A stretch of 64,000 bases of DNA from an uncultured bacterium (GCA_965541615.1 CBEUCJ010000001.1:3754-67753); one strand, 5' to 3'; counted from the first letter of the stretch, positions 1 to 11,550 are shown. Program-made: numbers and translations. Notes: a model not told the origin generated them from the sequence alone.

Positions 1-2452
1 TGATCTGTGCATTTACTTTAAATTCTCTCTTTAATCTATCCACAATTATCTCTAAGTGAAGTTCACCCATTCCGCACAAAAGAGTTTGCTGAGTTTCTGT
101 ATCTATTTCTACTTTGAAAGTAGGATCTTCTTCTAAAAGTTTAGATAAAGCTTTTGCTAATCTATCTTGATCTGCCCTAGAGTTAGGTTTAATGTTTAAA
201 AAAACTACAGGTTCTGGAAATTCCATCTTTTCTAAGATTATGGGGTTTTCAAGATCACACAGAGTATCACCTGTAGAGACTGAATTCAAACCCACAGTAG
301 CAGCTATATCTCCACAGAAAACAGCTTCGATCTGTTCTCTTTGATTAGCATGCATTCTAAATAGTCTCCCAATCCTTTCTTTTTTATTCTTTGTAGCATT
401 TAAAATGTAACTGCCTGCTTTTAATACTCCTGAATAAACTCTAAAATAGATGAGTTTTCCCATATGAGGATCTGCCTGAATTTTAAATGCTAAAGCTGTA
501 AAAGGAGCAGAATCTGAGATTTCTCTTTCTATCTCTTTATTAGGATCTTTAAAATCTATTCCTTTTACAGGAGGAAGGTCCTGTGGAGAAGGCAAAAACC
601 TAACCACTCCATCTAAAAGTTGCTGAACACCTTTATTTTTTAAAGCTGAACCACAAAATACACAAAAAACTTTATTTTCAATTACAGCTTTCCTCAAAAC
701 ACTGATTATTTCCTCTTTTTTTATCTCTTTTTGTGCTAAATATTTTTCTAACAAATTCTCATCTAAACTGGCTACCTTTTCTAACATCTTTTTTCTATTT
801 TCTTGAGCTACTTTTATTAAATCTTGGGGTATCTCTTCTTCAGAAAATTTTTCTCCCAAAGAACTTTCGTCAAATACATAAGCTTTCATTTCTAAAAGAT
901 CTATTACTCCTTTAAAATTTTCTTCTGCACCTAAAGGTATCTGTAATAAGACTAAATTTGCTTTTAAATTTTCTTCTATCTCTTTTACAACTCTAAAAAA
1001 ATCTGCTCCTTTTCTGTCCATCTTATTTATAAATATTAATCTGGGCACTTTGTACCTCTCACATTGATACCATACAGCTTCACTTTGAGCTTCCACTCCT
1101 TCTACAGCTGAAAATACTATTATTGCTCCATCTAAAACTCTTAAAGACCTTCTAACTTCTGCTGTAAAGTCTACGTGACCTGGAGTATCTATTATATTTA
1201 TTTGAGTATCTTTCCAATAGCAGGTAGTAGTAGCTGAGGTAATGGTAATCCCTCTTTCTTTTTCTTGAGGCATCCAATCCATTTGAGCTTTACCTTCATG
1301 GACTTCCCCTATCTTGTGAGAGCGTCCTGTATAATAGAGTATCCTTTCTGTAAGGGTGGTCTTTCCTGCATCTATATGAGCCATTATGCCTATATTCCTT
1401 ATCCTATCTAAGCTGATTTTTCTTTCTAAAAATTCTTCTTTGGGAATTTCTTTTTTCTCCTCTGACCTTTCTGTTTTTTCTTCTACACATGTAAGCTCAG
1501 GTTCCTTATCCTGAACATCTTGAGAGCTTTCAGATAAAGTTTTTTCAGCTACCAATTCTTCAGGTTCTTTAGATTCTGGTAAACTTTCAGACTTTTCTTC
1601 TATAGGTTTTTTATCTGAAATCTCTTCTGAAGATCTCTCTTTGATTAAAACCTCATTTGAGGTTTGAGAAATTTCTTGTGGTGTTTGAGATTCTCTTTCT
1701 ACAAACTCAGATTTCTGTAATTTTTCAATTAATCTTTTGATATCTGTTTCTTTTAATTCCAATTCCCTTTTCTTTAAAGTTAGTTCTACTTTTAATTCTT
1801 CACATTTTTCTTTCAGCTTTTCATTTTCTTCTTTTAACTTGTTATACTCTTCTATAGAGACAAAAGAACTCATCTTCTCTTTTTTTCTAAGTTCATCTAT
1901 TATCTTTAATTTTTGATCTATATCTATTTGATACCTTGAAATCTTAAGTTTTAGATTTTCTATTTCTTCCTTTAATTTTTTGTTCTCATTCTCTAAATCT
2001 TTATTCTGCTCTAAGATTTCTTTCTTTTCTTTATTTAACCTTACATTTTCAGAAAAAACCTTTTCCAATTCTTTTTCCTTCTCTTCAAGAATTCTCTTTA
2101 ACTTAATATTTTGTTCTTTTAAATTCTTAGCTTTGTTTTCTGAAATTTCTATCCATTTCTTCTGTTCTTCTAATTTTGAAAGTGCTTCTTTTTCTGCAGA
2201 TTTTGCTTTTTCAAACTCTTTTTTTAATTCTGTAAATTCATTCTTTGTCTTTTCTAACTCTCTCTTTAAAGAATTCAACTTTATTTCTAATTTAAGTGTT
2301 TCATCTTGCTCATCTTTAATAAAAACTTCTTTTTCTTTTTCCTTTTCTTTTCTTTTTTTCTTTTTAAAGGGTTTAACTTTTGGAGGAGGAAAGAGAGTAA
2401 ATAAGAGTACAGTTATACCTATTGTGATTATAAAATACAAGATAATCCCCAT
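1..2452 (-). CDS. fusA: Elongation factor G paralog with ~340-aa N-terminal TM helix + coiled coil + acidic linker (3' end beyond window edge)
   Basis: Manual translation from ATG 2452 gives [25 protein letters not shown] (hydrophobic), then E/K-rich heptads. These run in frame, with no stop, into [49 protein letters not shown] and [18 protein letters not shown] at the edge. Absent from the ORF track because it has no stop inside the window. Confidence 0.9.
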   Translation of the reverse strand, partial: MGIILYFIITIGITVLLFTLFPPPKVKPFKKKKRKEKEKEKEVFIKDEQDETLKLEIKLNSLKRELEKTKNEFTELKKEFEKAKSAEKEALSKLEEQKKWIEISENKAKNLKEQNIKLKRILEEKEKELEKVFSENVRLNKEKKEILEQNKDLENENKKLKEEIENLKLKISRYQIDIDQKLKIIDELRKKEKMSSFVSIEEYNKLKEENEKLKEKCEELKVELTLKKRELELKETDIKRLIEKLQKSEFVERESQTPQEISQTSNEVLIKERSSEEISDKKPIEEKSESLPESKEPEELVAEKTLSESSQDVQDKEPELTCVEEKTERSEEKKEIPKEEFLERKISLDRIRNIGIMAHIDAGKTTLTERILYYTGRSHKIGEVHEGKAQMDWMPQEKERGITITSATTTCYWKDTQINIIDTPGHVDFTAEVRRSLRVLDGAIIVFSAVEGVEAQSEAVWYQCERYKVPRLIFINKMDRKGADFFRVVKEIEENLKANLVLLQIPLGAEENFKGVIDLLEMKAYVFDESSLGEKFSEEEIPQDLIKVAQENRKKMLEKVASLDENLLEKYLAQKEIKKEEIISVLRKAVIENKVFCVFCGSALKNKGVQQLLDGVVRFLPSPQDLPPVKGIDFKDPNKEIEREISDSAPFTALAFKIQADPHMGKLIYFRVYSGVLKAGSYILNATKNKKERIGRLFRMHANQREQIEAVFCGDIAATVGLNSVSTGDTLCDLENPIILEKMEFPEPVVFLNIKPNSRADQDRLAKALSKLLEEDPTFKVEIDTETQQTLLCGMGELHLEIIVDRLKREFKVNAQI

Positions 2453-2502
2453 TTTTATATAAAATATACAATAAAACTTATTATTTTTTCCAGAGTAGCA
2501 AA

Positions 2503-3576
2503 TTAAATAGAAAAGTGCGAACTAAAGAGATTAGAGAAATACTTAGAGTCAGGAACGAATCCAAAGACTTCTTTCCATACTAAAGCTGTCTCCATACATA
2601 AATAGATCGGTACATCTTTAAAATACATCTTCAGATTATCTAACATAAATTTGTAAATCTCTCTTCTTATATGTCTAAAGTACCTGTATTTATTATCATT
2701 ACTTAAAATAAACTCCCCATTTAAGATTTTGGTATCAGGGAATCTTTCTTTTATTACTTGAGGAGTGCGAGGAGGAAACCTCAAAGTACCCAAAGAAATC
2801 CATGCTATTTTTTTTGGATAAAATTTTCTTAATCTCTTAATGACCTCAAGATAAATATCTTTGTAATCAGGTGAATAAATAATAGGATCAAAATGAAACC
2901 CTACATACCACCCTTTTTGTTGCAATAGGTAAGCTGATTTCAGTCTCTTGTTCAAAGAGGCTGTATACTTTTCTTCTTCTTTTACTATCTTTTGAGGATT
3001 CAAAGACCAGCTTACAACTATATTTTTTAAAGGTTTTAAATTCAGTAAAGACTTTATATTATCAGATTTTGTCTTTAACTCTAAAATTACAAAAGGAAGT
3101 TTTTTGAAATAAAAATAAAGGATATCTAATTGAGGTAAAATATCTTCTAAAGTTAAAGAATCACAAAATTCACCTGTTCCTATTCTCATAAATTTCTTCC
3201 TTTTACTTAAAAACTGTGCTACTTTTTTAATCTTTTCTTCCAAATTCAGATAAAAACTCGTTGCTCTTATATTCTGATAGATCTGCAAATAACAGTAACT
3301 ACAATCAAAAGGACAACCTACCATGGTATCTAAAACAAAGTAACCACAACTTATACTCCCTTTTGAGCAAGGGCACTTTGAAAGAATCTTTCCTCTTTGA
3401 AGAGTAAGATAAACGTTATTTTTTCCTAAATCTAATCTTTGAGATTTTATATATAAATCTTCTTTAGAATTTAAAATAACTAAAGGTGCTTTTATTTTTT
3501 TACAAATAGAAGAGATTTCTTTTGCATATCTTTTAAAAACTGATTTATCTGTAAAGATTTTTTTTATCTTTATCAT
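2503..3576 (-). CDS. Spore photoproduct lyase-family radical SAM protein
   Basis: [48 protein letters not shown] and YLCME motifs typical of SplB-like proteins. Confidence 0.8.
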   Translation of the reverse strand: MIKIKKIFTDKSVFKRYAKEISSICKKIKAPLVILNSKEDLYIKSQRLDLGKNNVYLTLQRGKILSKCPCSKGSISCGYFVLDTMVGCPFDCSYCYLQIYQNIRATSFYLNLEEKIKKVAQFLSKRKKFMRIGTGEFCDSLTLEDILPQLDILYFYFKKLPFVILELKTKSDNIKSLLNLKPLKNIVVSWSLNPQKIVKEEEKYTASLNKRLKSAYLLQQKGWYVGFHFDPIIYSPDYKDIYLEVIKRLRKFYPKKIAWISLGTLRFPPRTPQVIKERFPDTKILNGEFILSNDNKYRYFRHIRREIYKFMLDNLKMYFKDVPIYLCMETALVWKEVFGFVPDSKYFSNLFSSHFSI

Positions 3577-4514
3577 AAAGTCTTAAAAATCTCTGAGAGC
3601 TTTTCTTTATCTATATGAGAGAGGGTATTAACTTTGGTGATGAAATCCTTGATATTTTGAACTTTAAAACTAAATATTAATTCCTTTTCTTCAAAATTCT
3701 GAGGGAACTCTACTTTTATATCTTGGAGCTTAAGATTATTGATTAAATTTTTTACTTTATCTTTTGCTGCAGAATAACGAGGGTAAGCTTTTCTAAAAAG
3801 ATATTCTCTTAAAGTCTGAAATAATTGCTTTGGAGAGGTGTGTTCTTTTTTTAGAAAAGATTGAATCTTTTTTAAGATATCTTTTTGGCTCCTTTTATTT
3901 CTTATCTTAAAATAAAAATCTAATAAATCATTAGCTTTGTTTCTTCCTAAAAAAAGTTTATTAAAAACTTCTAAAAATACTTTTCTTTCAGCTTCATTAA
4001 GTCTTAGTAACCTTAAACAGGTCTCTAAATTTATTCTTTCTTTACAGAGTAGAATTTTAGCTGAGTCTTCTAACTCATGAATGTAGTATATCTTGTTTAA
4101 GTAATGGGGATTAGAAGGTAAATTCAAACTCTGAGAAAAGTTTTCAGCTATCTGAGACCAGCTAAGTTTACAGATCTCTTTTAATCCTTTCAAAACATTT
4201 ATTTTCTCTACCAGATTTAAATCTCTCTTTGCTAAGTTATCTAAGAAACCTAAAATAAAAGCATCTTTATTTGAAATCTTTATTACCAGAGCTTCAAATT
4301 CTTTTATACCCAATTTTTTAAGAACAAAAATCCTCCTTTTACCACAGATTATTTTGAATTTATCTTTTTCTTTCTTCAGAATAGGATAAGATAGTAATCC
4401 CACTTTTTTTATAGACTCATAAAGCTTTTCTTCATATAAAGGATAGCTTATAGTAAAGCTTTCTTCTAAAAGTATCTGTTCTGTTTTTACTTTTAAGATA
4501 CCCATTTTTCTCAA
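3573..4514 (-). CDS. ParB/Srx N-terminal domain protein
   Basis: LYESIKKVGLLSYPIL...IICGKRR...DNL..RDLNLVEK ParB-like N-terminal motifs. Confidence 0.7.
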   Translation of the reverse strand: MRKMGILKVKTEQILLEESFTISYPLYEEKLYESIKKVGLLSYPILKKEKDKFKIICGKRRIFVLKKLGIKEFEALVIKISNKDAFILGFLDNLAKRDLNLVEKINVLKGLKEICKLSWSQIAENFSQSLNLPSNPHYLNKIYYIHELEDSAKILLCKERINLETCLRLLRLNEAERKVFLEVFNKLFLGRNKANDLLDFYFKIRNKRSQKDILKKIQSFLKKEHTSPKQLFQTLREYLFRKAYPRYSAAKDKVKNLINNLKLQDIKVEFPQNFEEKELIFSFKVQNIKDFITKVNTLSHIDKEKLSEIFKTL

Positions 4515-5023
4515 AGAAAAGTATCTAACAGGCGGGATGTAAATTTTATCTCAGCTTCTACCAATTCCAAGTTATGCTCTAATATTAAGATTAAATGCTC
4601 AGGTAAATTTGATTCTGATTTTCTTTCTTCTAACCATTTTTTTACTCTCTTTAAACCCCTTAATCTTATCTTCAGTCTCCTTTTAGCTAATTCTTTATCT
4701 ACATAAGGGAAAAAGTAAAAAGAAAGATCCACATTTATAAAAGGCCTCTGAATCAATAAAAAATTATCATTCAAGAGTTTATAGAATCTTCTTTTCCCTT
4801 TAGGAGTAATAGAATAAACATACTTTTCAGGTCTCTTTCCTTCTTTTACTATTTTTTTAGTCACCAAACCTTTCAGTTCCAACATTTTTAGAGGATAGTA
4901 AATGGAATTTGTATCTATGGAAGCAAAGACTCCTTTTATTCTTTCTATAGATTTTTTAATTTGATAACCATGTTTTGGGCCATCCATTAATAAACCTAAA
5001 AGCACTAACTCTTGATGTAACAT
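4511..5023 (-). CDS. PadR-family transcriptional regulator
   Basis: LLGLLMDGPKHGYQIKK...SIYYPLKMLE..GLV...RPEKYVYSITPKG. Confidence 0.9.
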   Translation of the reverse strand: MLHQELVLLGLLMDGPKHGYQIKKSIERIKGVFASIDTNSIYYPLKMLELKGLVTKKIVKEGKRPEKYVYSITPKGKRRFYKLLNDNFLLIQRPFINVDLSFYFFPYVDKELAKRRLKIRLRGLKRVKKWLEERKSESNLPEHLILILEHNLELVEAEIKFTSRLLDTFL

Positions 5024-5026
5024 CTT

Positions 5027-5977
5027 TTAATCCTCTTCTTTAAATACACCTATTTTTCTATACTTTTTGTATCTCTGATCAATGAGTGTTTCTATATCCA
5101 TTTTCAATAACTCTGAAAGATTTCTTAAAAGAGCTTCTTTTAAATTGTTAGCTGCAGTTTGAGGATCACGATGAGCTCCTCCTAAGGGTTCAGGTATTAT
5201 CTCATCTATTATACCTAACTCTAATAACTCTTGAGCTGTTAACTTTAAAGCTTTAGCTGCTAACTCTGCTTGAGAAGAATCTCTCCATAGTATTGAAGCG
5301 CAACCTTCAGGAGAAATAACTGAATAATAAGCATTCTCTAACATTAAAATCCTATCACCTACACCTATTCCCAAAGCACCACCTGAACCTCCTTCACCTA
5401 TTACACATACCAAAATTTGAGTCTTTAAAGAACTCATAGCTCTCAGATTTTCAGCAATAGCTAAAGCTTGACCTCTTTCTTCAGCTCCTATTCCAGGATA
5501 AGCTCCTGGAGTGTCAATAAAACTCACAACAGGCAGTTTAAATTTCTCTGCTAACTTCATACACCTTAAAGCTTTTCTATAACCTTCAGGATGAGCACAT
5601 CCAAAGTTTCTATACAAATTTTCTTTAGTATCATGTCCTTTTTGATGTCCAATAAGCATTACTTTATAACTATCTATCTTACAGAATCCACATACAATAG
5701 CTTTATCATCTCTGAATAACCTATCTCCATGTAATTCTATAAAATCAGAAGTTATCATTCTTACATAATCTAAGGTAAGAGGTCTCTGAGGGTGTCTTGC
5801 TATCTGAACTTTTTGCCAGGGTGTTAAGTTTCCATAGATTTCTTTTTTTAAGTTCTCTAATTTTTGAGTCAAAGACTCAATAGTTAAAGATAAATCTACC
5901 TTTTTTTCCTCTTGGAATCTTTTTAACTCTTTTATCTTATCTTCTAATTCTATTATTGGTCTCTCAAAATCTAACAT
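5027..5977 (-). CDS. accA: Acetyl-CoA carboxylase carboxyltransferase subunit alpha
   Basis: [55 protein letters not shown]. Confidence 0.97.
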   Translation of the reverse strand: MLDFERPIIELEDKIKELKRFQEEKKVDLSLTIESLTQKLENLKKEIYGNLTPWQKVQIARHPQRPLTLDYVRMITSDFIELHGDRLFRDDKAIVCGFCKIDSYKVMLIGHQKGHDTKENLYRNFGCAHPEGYRKALRCMKLAEKFKLPVVSFIDTPGAYPGIGAEERGQALAIAENLRAMSSLKTQILVCVIGEGGSGGALGIGVGDRILMLENAYYSVISPEGCASILWRDSSQAELAAKALKLTAQELLELGIIDEIIPEPLGGAHRDPQTAANNLKEALLRNLSELLKMDIETLIDQRYKKYRKIGVFKEED

Positions 5978-5979
5978 CT

Positions 5980-6804
5980 TTAATCTATTATCTTTACAGA
6001 TGTGCCTACAGGAAGGAGAATGTAAAGTTCCTCAATATCTTTATTGTGCATTCTTATGCATCCTTGAGTAACGTGTTTGCCTATACTTTTAGGATCATTT
6101 GTACCATGGATTCCATAACCTGAAATATTTAATCCTAACCAATAGTCTCCTAATATGTTTTGAGGTGCTCCATAAGGAATCTCTTTTCCATCTTTAAACC
6201 AAGTAGGGTGCTTTATTCTATTTATTATTTTAAACTCACCTGTAGGAGTGTGATTATTTTTACCAGTAGATACTCTGTAAGTCTTTATTATTTTATCATC
6301 TGTTTTTAGAAATAAGAGATTTTGAGATTTATCTATTACTACATAGAACTTTGCTTTGCAGACTTTTAACTTTTGACCTACTCTTATAAGATCTGATTTT
6401 AAGTCATTTGCTACTTTTATGTAATCTATGGTAGTGTTAAATTTTTTGGCTATCTTTTCTAAGGTATCTCCTGGCTTTACTATATAAAAAGTGCTAAACT
6501 CATCTGGATTTTTAGAAAATAAAAGTTTGATGTTTAAATCTTCTATCTTCTTTTTAGCTATCCTCAAAAGATTTACATCTTGAGGAAACTGAGACATTAT
6601 TCTAAGATAAATTTTTTTTGCTTCTTCAAATCTCTTTTCTTTTTCTAAATTTTTGGCTAATTCTAACATCTGCATAGAAATTTCATTTTTTTTAGAAAAG
6701 GAGCTCTCTTCTTCCTTATTTAACTTATTTAAAAATGAAAAATAAGAGATAAATCCTATACAAAAGATTAAAACTACCCACAGAATAAGCCTCTTCATTT
6801 TCAA
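5980..6804 (-). CDS. L,D-transpeptidase with LysM domain, membrane anchored
   Basis: N-terminal TM; Lys[17 protein letters not shown]; YkuD motif GIHGT...TQGCIRM. Confidence 0.9.
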   Translation of the reverse strand: MKMKRLILWVVLIFCIGFISYFSFLNKLNKEEESSFSKKNEISMQMLELAKNLEKEKRFEEAKKIYLRIMSQFPQDVNLLRIAKKKIEDLNIKLLFSKNPDEFSTFYIVKPGDTLEKIAKKFNTTIDYIKVANDLKSDLIRVGQKLKVCKAKFYVVIDKSQNLLFLKTDDKIIKTYRVSTGKNNHTPTGEFKIINRIKHPTWFKDGKEIPYGAPQNILGDYWLGLNISGYGIHGTNDPKSIGKHVTQGCIRMHNKDIEELYILLPVGTSVKIID

Positions 6805-7280
6805 CCTCCAATAATTATTCCTATTAAAACCCCTAAAAAAGCACCAGCTATTACCTCTAAAGGAGTATGACCCAAAAATTCTCTTATCTTGTTATCTGCT
6901 ATTTTTTTGCCTTGATAAAGATCCTCTAAAATTTTATTCAAAATCTCAGCCTGCTCACCAACACTCCTTCTCATAGTTTGAGCATCGAACATTACAACCA
7001 AAGCAAAAACACAAGCTAATCCAAATAAAGGATTATTAAAACCTGCATTTAAACCAACTGATGTTGCTAAAGCTGTTACTCCTGCAGAATGTGCTGAAGG
7101 CATACCTCCTGTTTCAATTAGCCATTTAAAATCAAACTTTCTTTCCTTTAAAACTCCACAAAAAACTTTTATAATTTGAGCTGTAGCCCAACCTAAAAAA
7201 GCTGAGATCAAAAATTTATTTTTAAAAATTTCTGAAAAATTCTCCATAATGACTCTTAAAAACTCTGAGTTTGAATTCAA
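6801..7280 (-). CDS. Divergent PAP2 / DUF212 family membrane protein
   Basis: AQIIK, GGMPSAHSA, VVMFDA..RR..G, LGHTPLEV. Start may be ATG 7247. Confidence 0.9.
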   Translation of the reverse strand: MNSNSEFLRVIMENFSEIFKNKFLISAFLGWATAQIIKVFCGVLKERKFDFKWLIETGGMPSAHSAGVTALATSVGLNAGFNNPLFGLACVFALVVMFDAQTMRRSVGEQAEILNKILEDLYQGKKIADNKIREFLGHTPLEVIAGAFLGVLIGIIIGG

Positions 7281-7314
7281 AAAGAAATTATAGTATAATC
7301 ACTCCAAAAAGCAA
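7271..7314. promoter_or_regulatory. Overlapping divergent sigma70-type promoters
   Basis: Plus strand TTGAAT(7271)-17-TATAAT(7294); minus strand TTGCTT(7314)-16-TATAAT(7292), lying between divergent genes. Confidence 0.55.
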
Positions 7315-7325
7315 GCAATTAAAAT

Positions 7326-8858
7326 ATGCTTACAAAATTAAATAGTTTTTCAATCATAGGTATTAATGCTTTAAATGTTGAAGTCCAAGTAGATGTCTCA
7401 AAAGGTCTACCTCAGACTTTGATCGTAGGTTTAGCAGATTCTGTAGTCAAAGAAAGTAAAGAAAGAATAAAGGTAGCTATAAAAAACAGTGGATTTAAAT
7501 ACCCTTTAGGAAGGGTCACAATAAATCTTTATCCTGCAGATACAAAAAAAGAAGGTACTCAATTAGACCTTCCGATAGCTTTAGGGATTTTGGCTTCCTC
7601 TAATCAATTAAACCCTAACTTATTAAAAGACTTTGTATTCTTAGGTGAATTAGCTTTAGATGGCAGTTTAAAAAAAACTAAAGGTATCTTAATCTCAGCT
7701 TTGGAAGCTAAAGCTAAAGGATTTAAAAATCTCATAATCCCAAAAGAAAATCTAAATGAAGCTGCATTTTTAGAAGATGTAAATGTATGGGGAGCTGAGT
7801 CTTTAAATCAAGTAATATTTATTTTACAAAATTTAGAACTATTTCCTCCATCTAAAAAATCAGCCAAAGAATTTTTAGAAGTTAACTCTAACTATCTTTA
7901 TGACTTTTCAGAAGTAAAAGGACAGTTCCAAGCAAAAAGAGCAATAGAAGTAGCAGTAGCAGGTTTCCATAATATATTAATGATTGGACCACCTGGCTCT
8001 GGAAAGAGTATGCTTGCAAAAAGGATCCCTACTATTATGCCTAAGATGGAGTTAGAAGAAATATTAGAAACTTCTAAAATCTATTCTGCTTTAGGACTGC
8101 TTCCAGCTGATAAACCTTTAATAACTCAAAGACCTTTTAGAAATCCTCATCATACAGCTTCTGAAGTAGCTTTGATTGGAGGAGGTAATCCTCCTACACC
8201 TGGTGAAATAAGTTTAGCTCATAATGGAGTGCTATTCTTAGATGAATTACCTGAATTTCACAGGGATGTTTTAGAATCTTTAAGACAACCTTTAGAAGAT
8301 GGATTTGTAAACATCTCAAGAGCTAAATCCTTTTTTAGATTTCCTGCAAAGGTAATGTTGGTAGCAGCTATGAATCCTTGTCCATGTGGATATTACACTC
8401 ATCCTAAAAGGACTTGCAGGTGTTCTTCTTCTAAGATAACCAAATACTTATCTAAAATCTCTGGTCCTTTATTAGATAGAATAGATATACACATACAAAT
8501 ACCACCTGTAGAATTAAAAGACTTAGATACAAATCTGCCTCAAGAAGATTCTGAAACCATAAGAAAAAGAGTTGAAAGAGTAAGAAAGATTCAAAAAGAA
8601 AGATTTAAATCAGAAAATATCTTTTTCAATTCTCAAATGTCACCCAAACACATAAAAAAATTTTGCATAATGCAAGAGGAGGCAAAAGAATTATTAAAAA
8701 AGGCTATGAATGAATTGAAACTTTCTTTAAGAGCTTATGAAAAAATATTAAAGTTAGCTAGAACCATAGCAGATTTTGAAGAAAAAAGATTAATAGAACC
8801 CCATCATATAGCTGAAGCTATCCAGTATAGAGTCTTAGATAGAGAATTCTTTAGATGA
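7326..8858 (+). CDS. comM: YifB/ComM Mg-chelatase-like AAA+ ATPase
   Basis: VKESKERI, TINLYPAD, GPPGSGKSMLA, RPFRNPHH, PGEISLAHNGVLFLDE, AMNPCPCG. Confidence 0.92.
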   Translation: MLTKLNSFSIIGINALNVEVQVDVSKGLPQTLIVGLADSVVKESKERIKVAIKNSGFKYPLGRVTINLYPADTKKEGTQLDLPIALGILASSNQLNPNLLKDFVFLGELALDGSLKKTKGILISALEAKAKGFKNLIIPKENLNEAAFLEDVNVWGAESLNQVIFILQNLELFPPSKKSAKEFLEVNSNYLYDFSEVKGQFQAKRAIEVAVAGFHNILMIGPPGSGKSMLAKRIPTIMPKMELEEILETSKIYSALGLLPADKPLITQRPFRNPHHTASEVALIGGGNPPTPGEISLAHNGVLFLDELPEFHRDVLESLRQPLEDGFVNISRAKSFFRFPAKVMLVAAMNPCPCGYYTHPKRTCRCSSSKITKYLSKISGPLLDRIDIHIQIPPVELKDLDTNLPQEDSETIRKRVERVRKIQKERFKSENIFFNSQMSPKHIKKFCIMQEEAKELLKKAMNELKLSLRAYEKILKLARTIADFEEKRLIEPHHIAEAIQYRVLDREFFR

Positions 8859-9592
8859 AAATATATATAGGTACTTCAGGGTATAATTATTCTCATTGGA
8901 GAGAAGTTTTTTACCCTAAAGATTTACCTCAAAATAAATGGCTCTGGTTTTACTCTCAACATTTTAACTGTGTAGAGTTAAATGTAACTTTTTATAGATT
9001 GCCTTCAAAAAAGACTTTTCAAAGTTGGTATAAAAAGACTCCTAAAGATTTTAAATTCGTAGTTAAAGCTTGGAAACAGATCACTCACATAAAAAGACTC
9101 AAAAATACTTTAGAATACTTAAAGATTTTTTTTGAAAATGTTAAAGAACTAAAAGAAAAATTAACCTGCATCTTATGGCAGATGCCTCCTTCTTTAAAAA
9201 AAGATACCCAACTCTTAAAAGATTTTCTAAAAGAATTATTCAAAATAAGAATTGCTAAGAAAATATTCCATTCAATTGAATTTAGACATAAAAGTTGGTT
9301 TGTAGAAGAGGTTTATAAAGTTTTAAAAGAGTATAACGTAAATTTATGTATAGCTCATTCTCAAAAATGGCCTTTTATCAAAGTCTTAACTTCAAATTTT
9401 TTGTATTTAAGATTCCATGGAGGAAAAATTTTATATGGTAGTGAATACTCTTTAGAAGAATTATCAGAATTTAAAAAGATAGTAAAGGAATTTGAAAAAG
9501 ATATAGAAGTCTTATTCAGTTTTTTTAATAACGATGCTTATGGGTTTGCTGTAAAGAATGCTCTTCAATTTAGAAGACTTTTAGAAAAATGA
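8855..9592 (+). CDS. DUF72 family protein
   Basis: IGTSGY, VELNVTFYR, ITHIKRL, EFRHKSW, YLRFHG, FFNND. Confidence 0.92.
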   Translation: MKIYIGTSGYNYSHWREVFYPKDLPQNKWLWFYSQHFNCVELNVTFYRLPSKKTFQSWYKKTPKDFKFVVKAWKQITHIKRLKNTLEYLKIFFENVKELKEKLTCILWQMPPSLKKDTQLLKDFLKELFKIRIAKKIFHSIEFRHKSWFVEEVYKVLKEYNVNLCIAHSQKWPFIKVLTSNFLYLRFHGGKILYGSEYSLEELSEFKKIVKEFEKDIEVLFSFFNNDAYGFAVKNALQFRRLLEK

Positions 9593-11550
9593 AAAAATAC
9601 ATCTTACATAAAGAATCTGGTCTTTTATCAAAAGTAGATTATGAAAAAGAATTGAATGAACAACAATTAAAAGTAGTTTTAGAAGGAGATGGTGCTTGTT
9701 TGGTCTTAGCAGGTGCAGGAACTGGTAAAACAAGAACTCTGGTTTACAGAACAGCTTTTTTAATTGAAAAAGGGATCCCTTTGAAAAATATATTTTTAGC
9801 TACATTTACCAATAAAGCTGCTAGGGAGATGGTAAAGAGAATAGAAATTCTATTAAAAGCAGATTTAGAAAATCTATGGGCAGGAACTTTCCATCATTTA
9901 GCTAATTTAATCTTAAGAAAAGAAGCCAAAAAAATAGGATTTAATGAGAGTTTTACGATTTTAGATAGAGAAGATTCAAAGGAGATCTTATCTGAATGTA
10001 TAGAAGAATTAAAACTAAATAAAAAAGAAAAGATGTTTCCTAAAACTCAAGTAATCCAGAAGATCTTTAATTTATCTATTAATAGTTTAGAAAGCATTGA
10101 AAATATAGTAAAAGAAAACTTTGATTACCTCTTAGATTTTGTAGAAGAGTTTAGAGTCCTCTTTAAATATTTTAAAAGAAAAAAGAAAAACTCAAACTTA
10201 ATGGATTTTGATGATCTTTTATTTTATCTCTATGAGATTTTAAAAGATGATTCTGTTAGGAAAAAATATGCTTCAAAATTTCTTTATATCTTAGTAGATG
10301 AATTTCAAGATACTAACAAAATTCAATTTGAGATATTAAAAGCTCTCTCTGAGATACATAAAAACATTTTGGTAGTAGGAGATGACTGCCAATCTATTTA
10401 CTCTTTTAGAGGAGCTTACATTAAAAATATCTTAGATTTTCCTAAAGTCTTTAAAAATTGTAAAATTTTTAAATTAGAGATAAACTATAGATCTACTCCT
10501 CAGATATTAAACTTAGCGAATAACATAATTATCCATAACAAAAATCAATTTCATAAGTTTTTAAGTGCTACAAAAAAAGATGGAATAAAACCAATCATAG
10601 TCTGTTGTAGAGACATATGGCAACAGGCAAAATTCGTTACTCAAAGAATAATGGAGTTAGTTGAAACTGGCATCCCTCTAAATGAGATAGCTGTACTTTT
10701 TAGATCGAGATTTCAATCTGCAGAATTAGAATTAGAACTTTTAAAAAAACAGATACCTTATGTGGTAAGAGGTGGTTTAAGATTTTTTGAACAAGCTCAT
10801 ATAAAAGATGTCTTATCTTATCTAAAACTGATTTTAAATCCCAGAGATGAACTCTCTTTTAAAAGAGCTTTAAAACTCCATGAAGGAATAGGTACAGCTT
10901 TCTCTCAAAAAATCTGGAAAAAGTTCTCAGAATTAAATTATGACTTTTTAAAAATTTTTAAAGAGAAGATACCTTTGAATAAAAATGCTGAATTAGGATG
11001 GCAAGATTTTAAAAGATTGATCTCTAAATTAATGAATATAAGTTCTCCTTATAAAATGATAAAAGAAATCCTTGATAGTTTTTATAGAGATTACTGTTAC
11101 TTAGCTTTTGAAGATCCTAAAGAAAGGATTTTAGACTTAGAACAGTTAATGAGGATAGCTGAAAACTATGAATCTTTAAAAAAATTTATCAGTGATTTAA
11201 GTCTCTTTGAAGAATTCAAAGGAGAAATAGTTAGAGGTGCTTTTACTGAAGAGACACTTATATTAACTACTATCCATCAAGCAAAAGGCTTAGAATGGGA
11301 GGTAGTCTTTATTATAGGGTGTGTCGATGGACAATTTCCTCATCCTGAAAGTTTTGAATCTAAAACTAAATTAGAAGAAGAAAGAAGACTATTTTATGTA
11401 GCTGTGACCAGAAGTAAATCTCAGCTTTATATTACTTATCCAACTATAAGATATGATTTTAGATCAGGAGCTATCCTCACCAAAAGATCACAGTTTATTG
11501 AAGAGCTCAAAAAAGATCTATTTGAAGAGTGGGAAATAGAAGAAGTTTAA
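9589..11550 (+). CDS. UvrD/PcrA/Rep-family ATP-dependent DNA helicase
   Basis: AGAGTGKT, TFTNKAA, VDEFQDTN, VGDDCQSIYSFRGA, NYRST, TIHQAKGLEW, EERRLFYVAVTR. Confidence 0.95.
   Translation: MKKYILHKESGLLSKVDYEKELNEQQLKVVLEGDGACLVLAGAGTGKTRTLVYRTAFLIEKGIPLKNIFLATFTNKAAREMVKRIEILLKADLENLWAGTFHHLANLILRKEAKKIGFNESFTILDREDSKEILSECIEELKLNKKEKMFPKTQVIQKIFNLSINSLESIENIVKENFDYLLDFVEEFRVLFKYFKRKKKNSNLMDFDDLLFYLYEILKDDSVRKKYASKFLYILVDEFQDTNKIQFEILKALSEIHKNILVVGDDCQSIYSFRGAYIKNILDFPKVFKNCKIFKLEINYRSTPQILNLANNIIIHNKNQFHKFLSATKKDGIKPIIVCCRDIWQQAKFVTQRIMELVETGIPLNEIAVLFRSRFQSAELELELLKKQIPYVVRGGLRFFEQAHIKDVLSYLKLILNPRDELSFKRALKLHEGIGTAFSQKIWKKFSELNYDFLKIFKEKIPLNKNAELGWQDFKRLISKLMNISSPYKMIKEILDSFYRDYCYLAFEDPKERILDLEQLMRIAENYESLKKFISDLSLFEEFKGEIVRGAFTEETLILTTIHQAKGLEWEVVFIIGCVDGQFPHPESFESKTKLEEERRLFYVAVTRSKSQLYITYPTIRYDFRSGAILTKRSQFIEELKKDLFEEWEIEEV

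Noticed and set aside
36-44. DnaA-box-like CTATCCACA
   Set aside because: Single mismatched copy inside the EF-G coding sequence; no box cluster here or near rpmH.
733-2462. Plus-strand ORFs 733..915 and 1980..2462
   Set aside because: F/S/L-rich antisense shadows of the E/K-rich minus-strand EF-G fusion.
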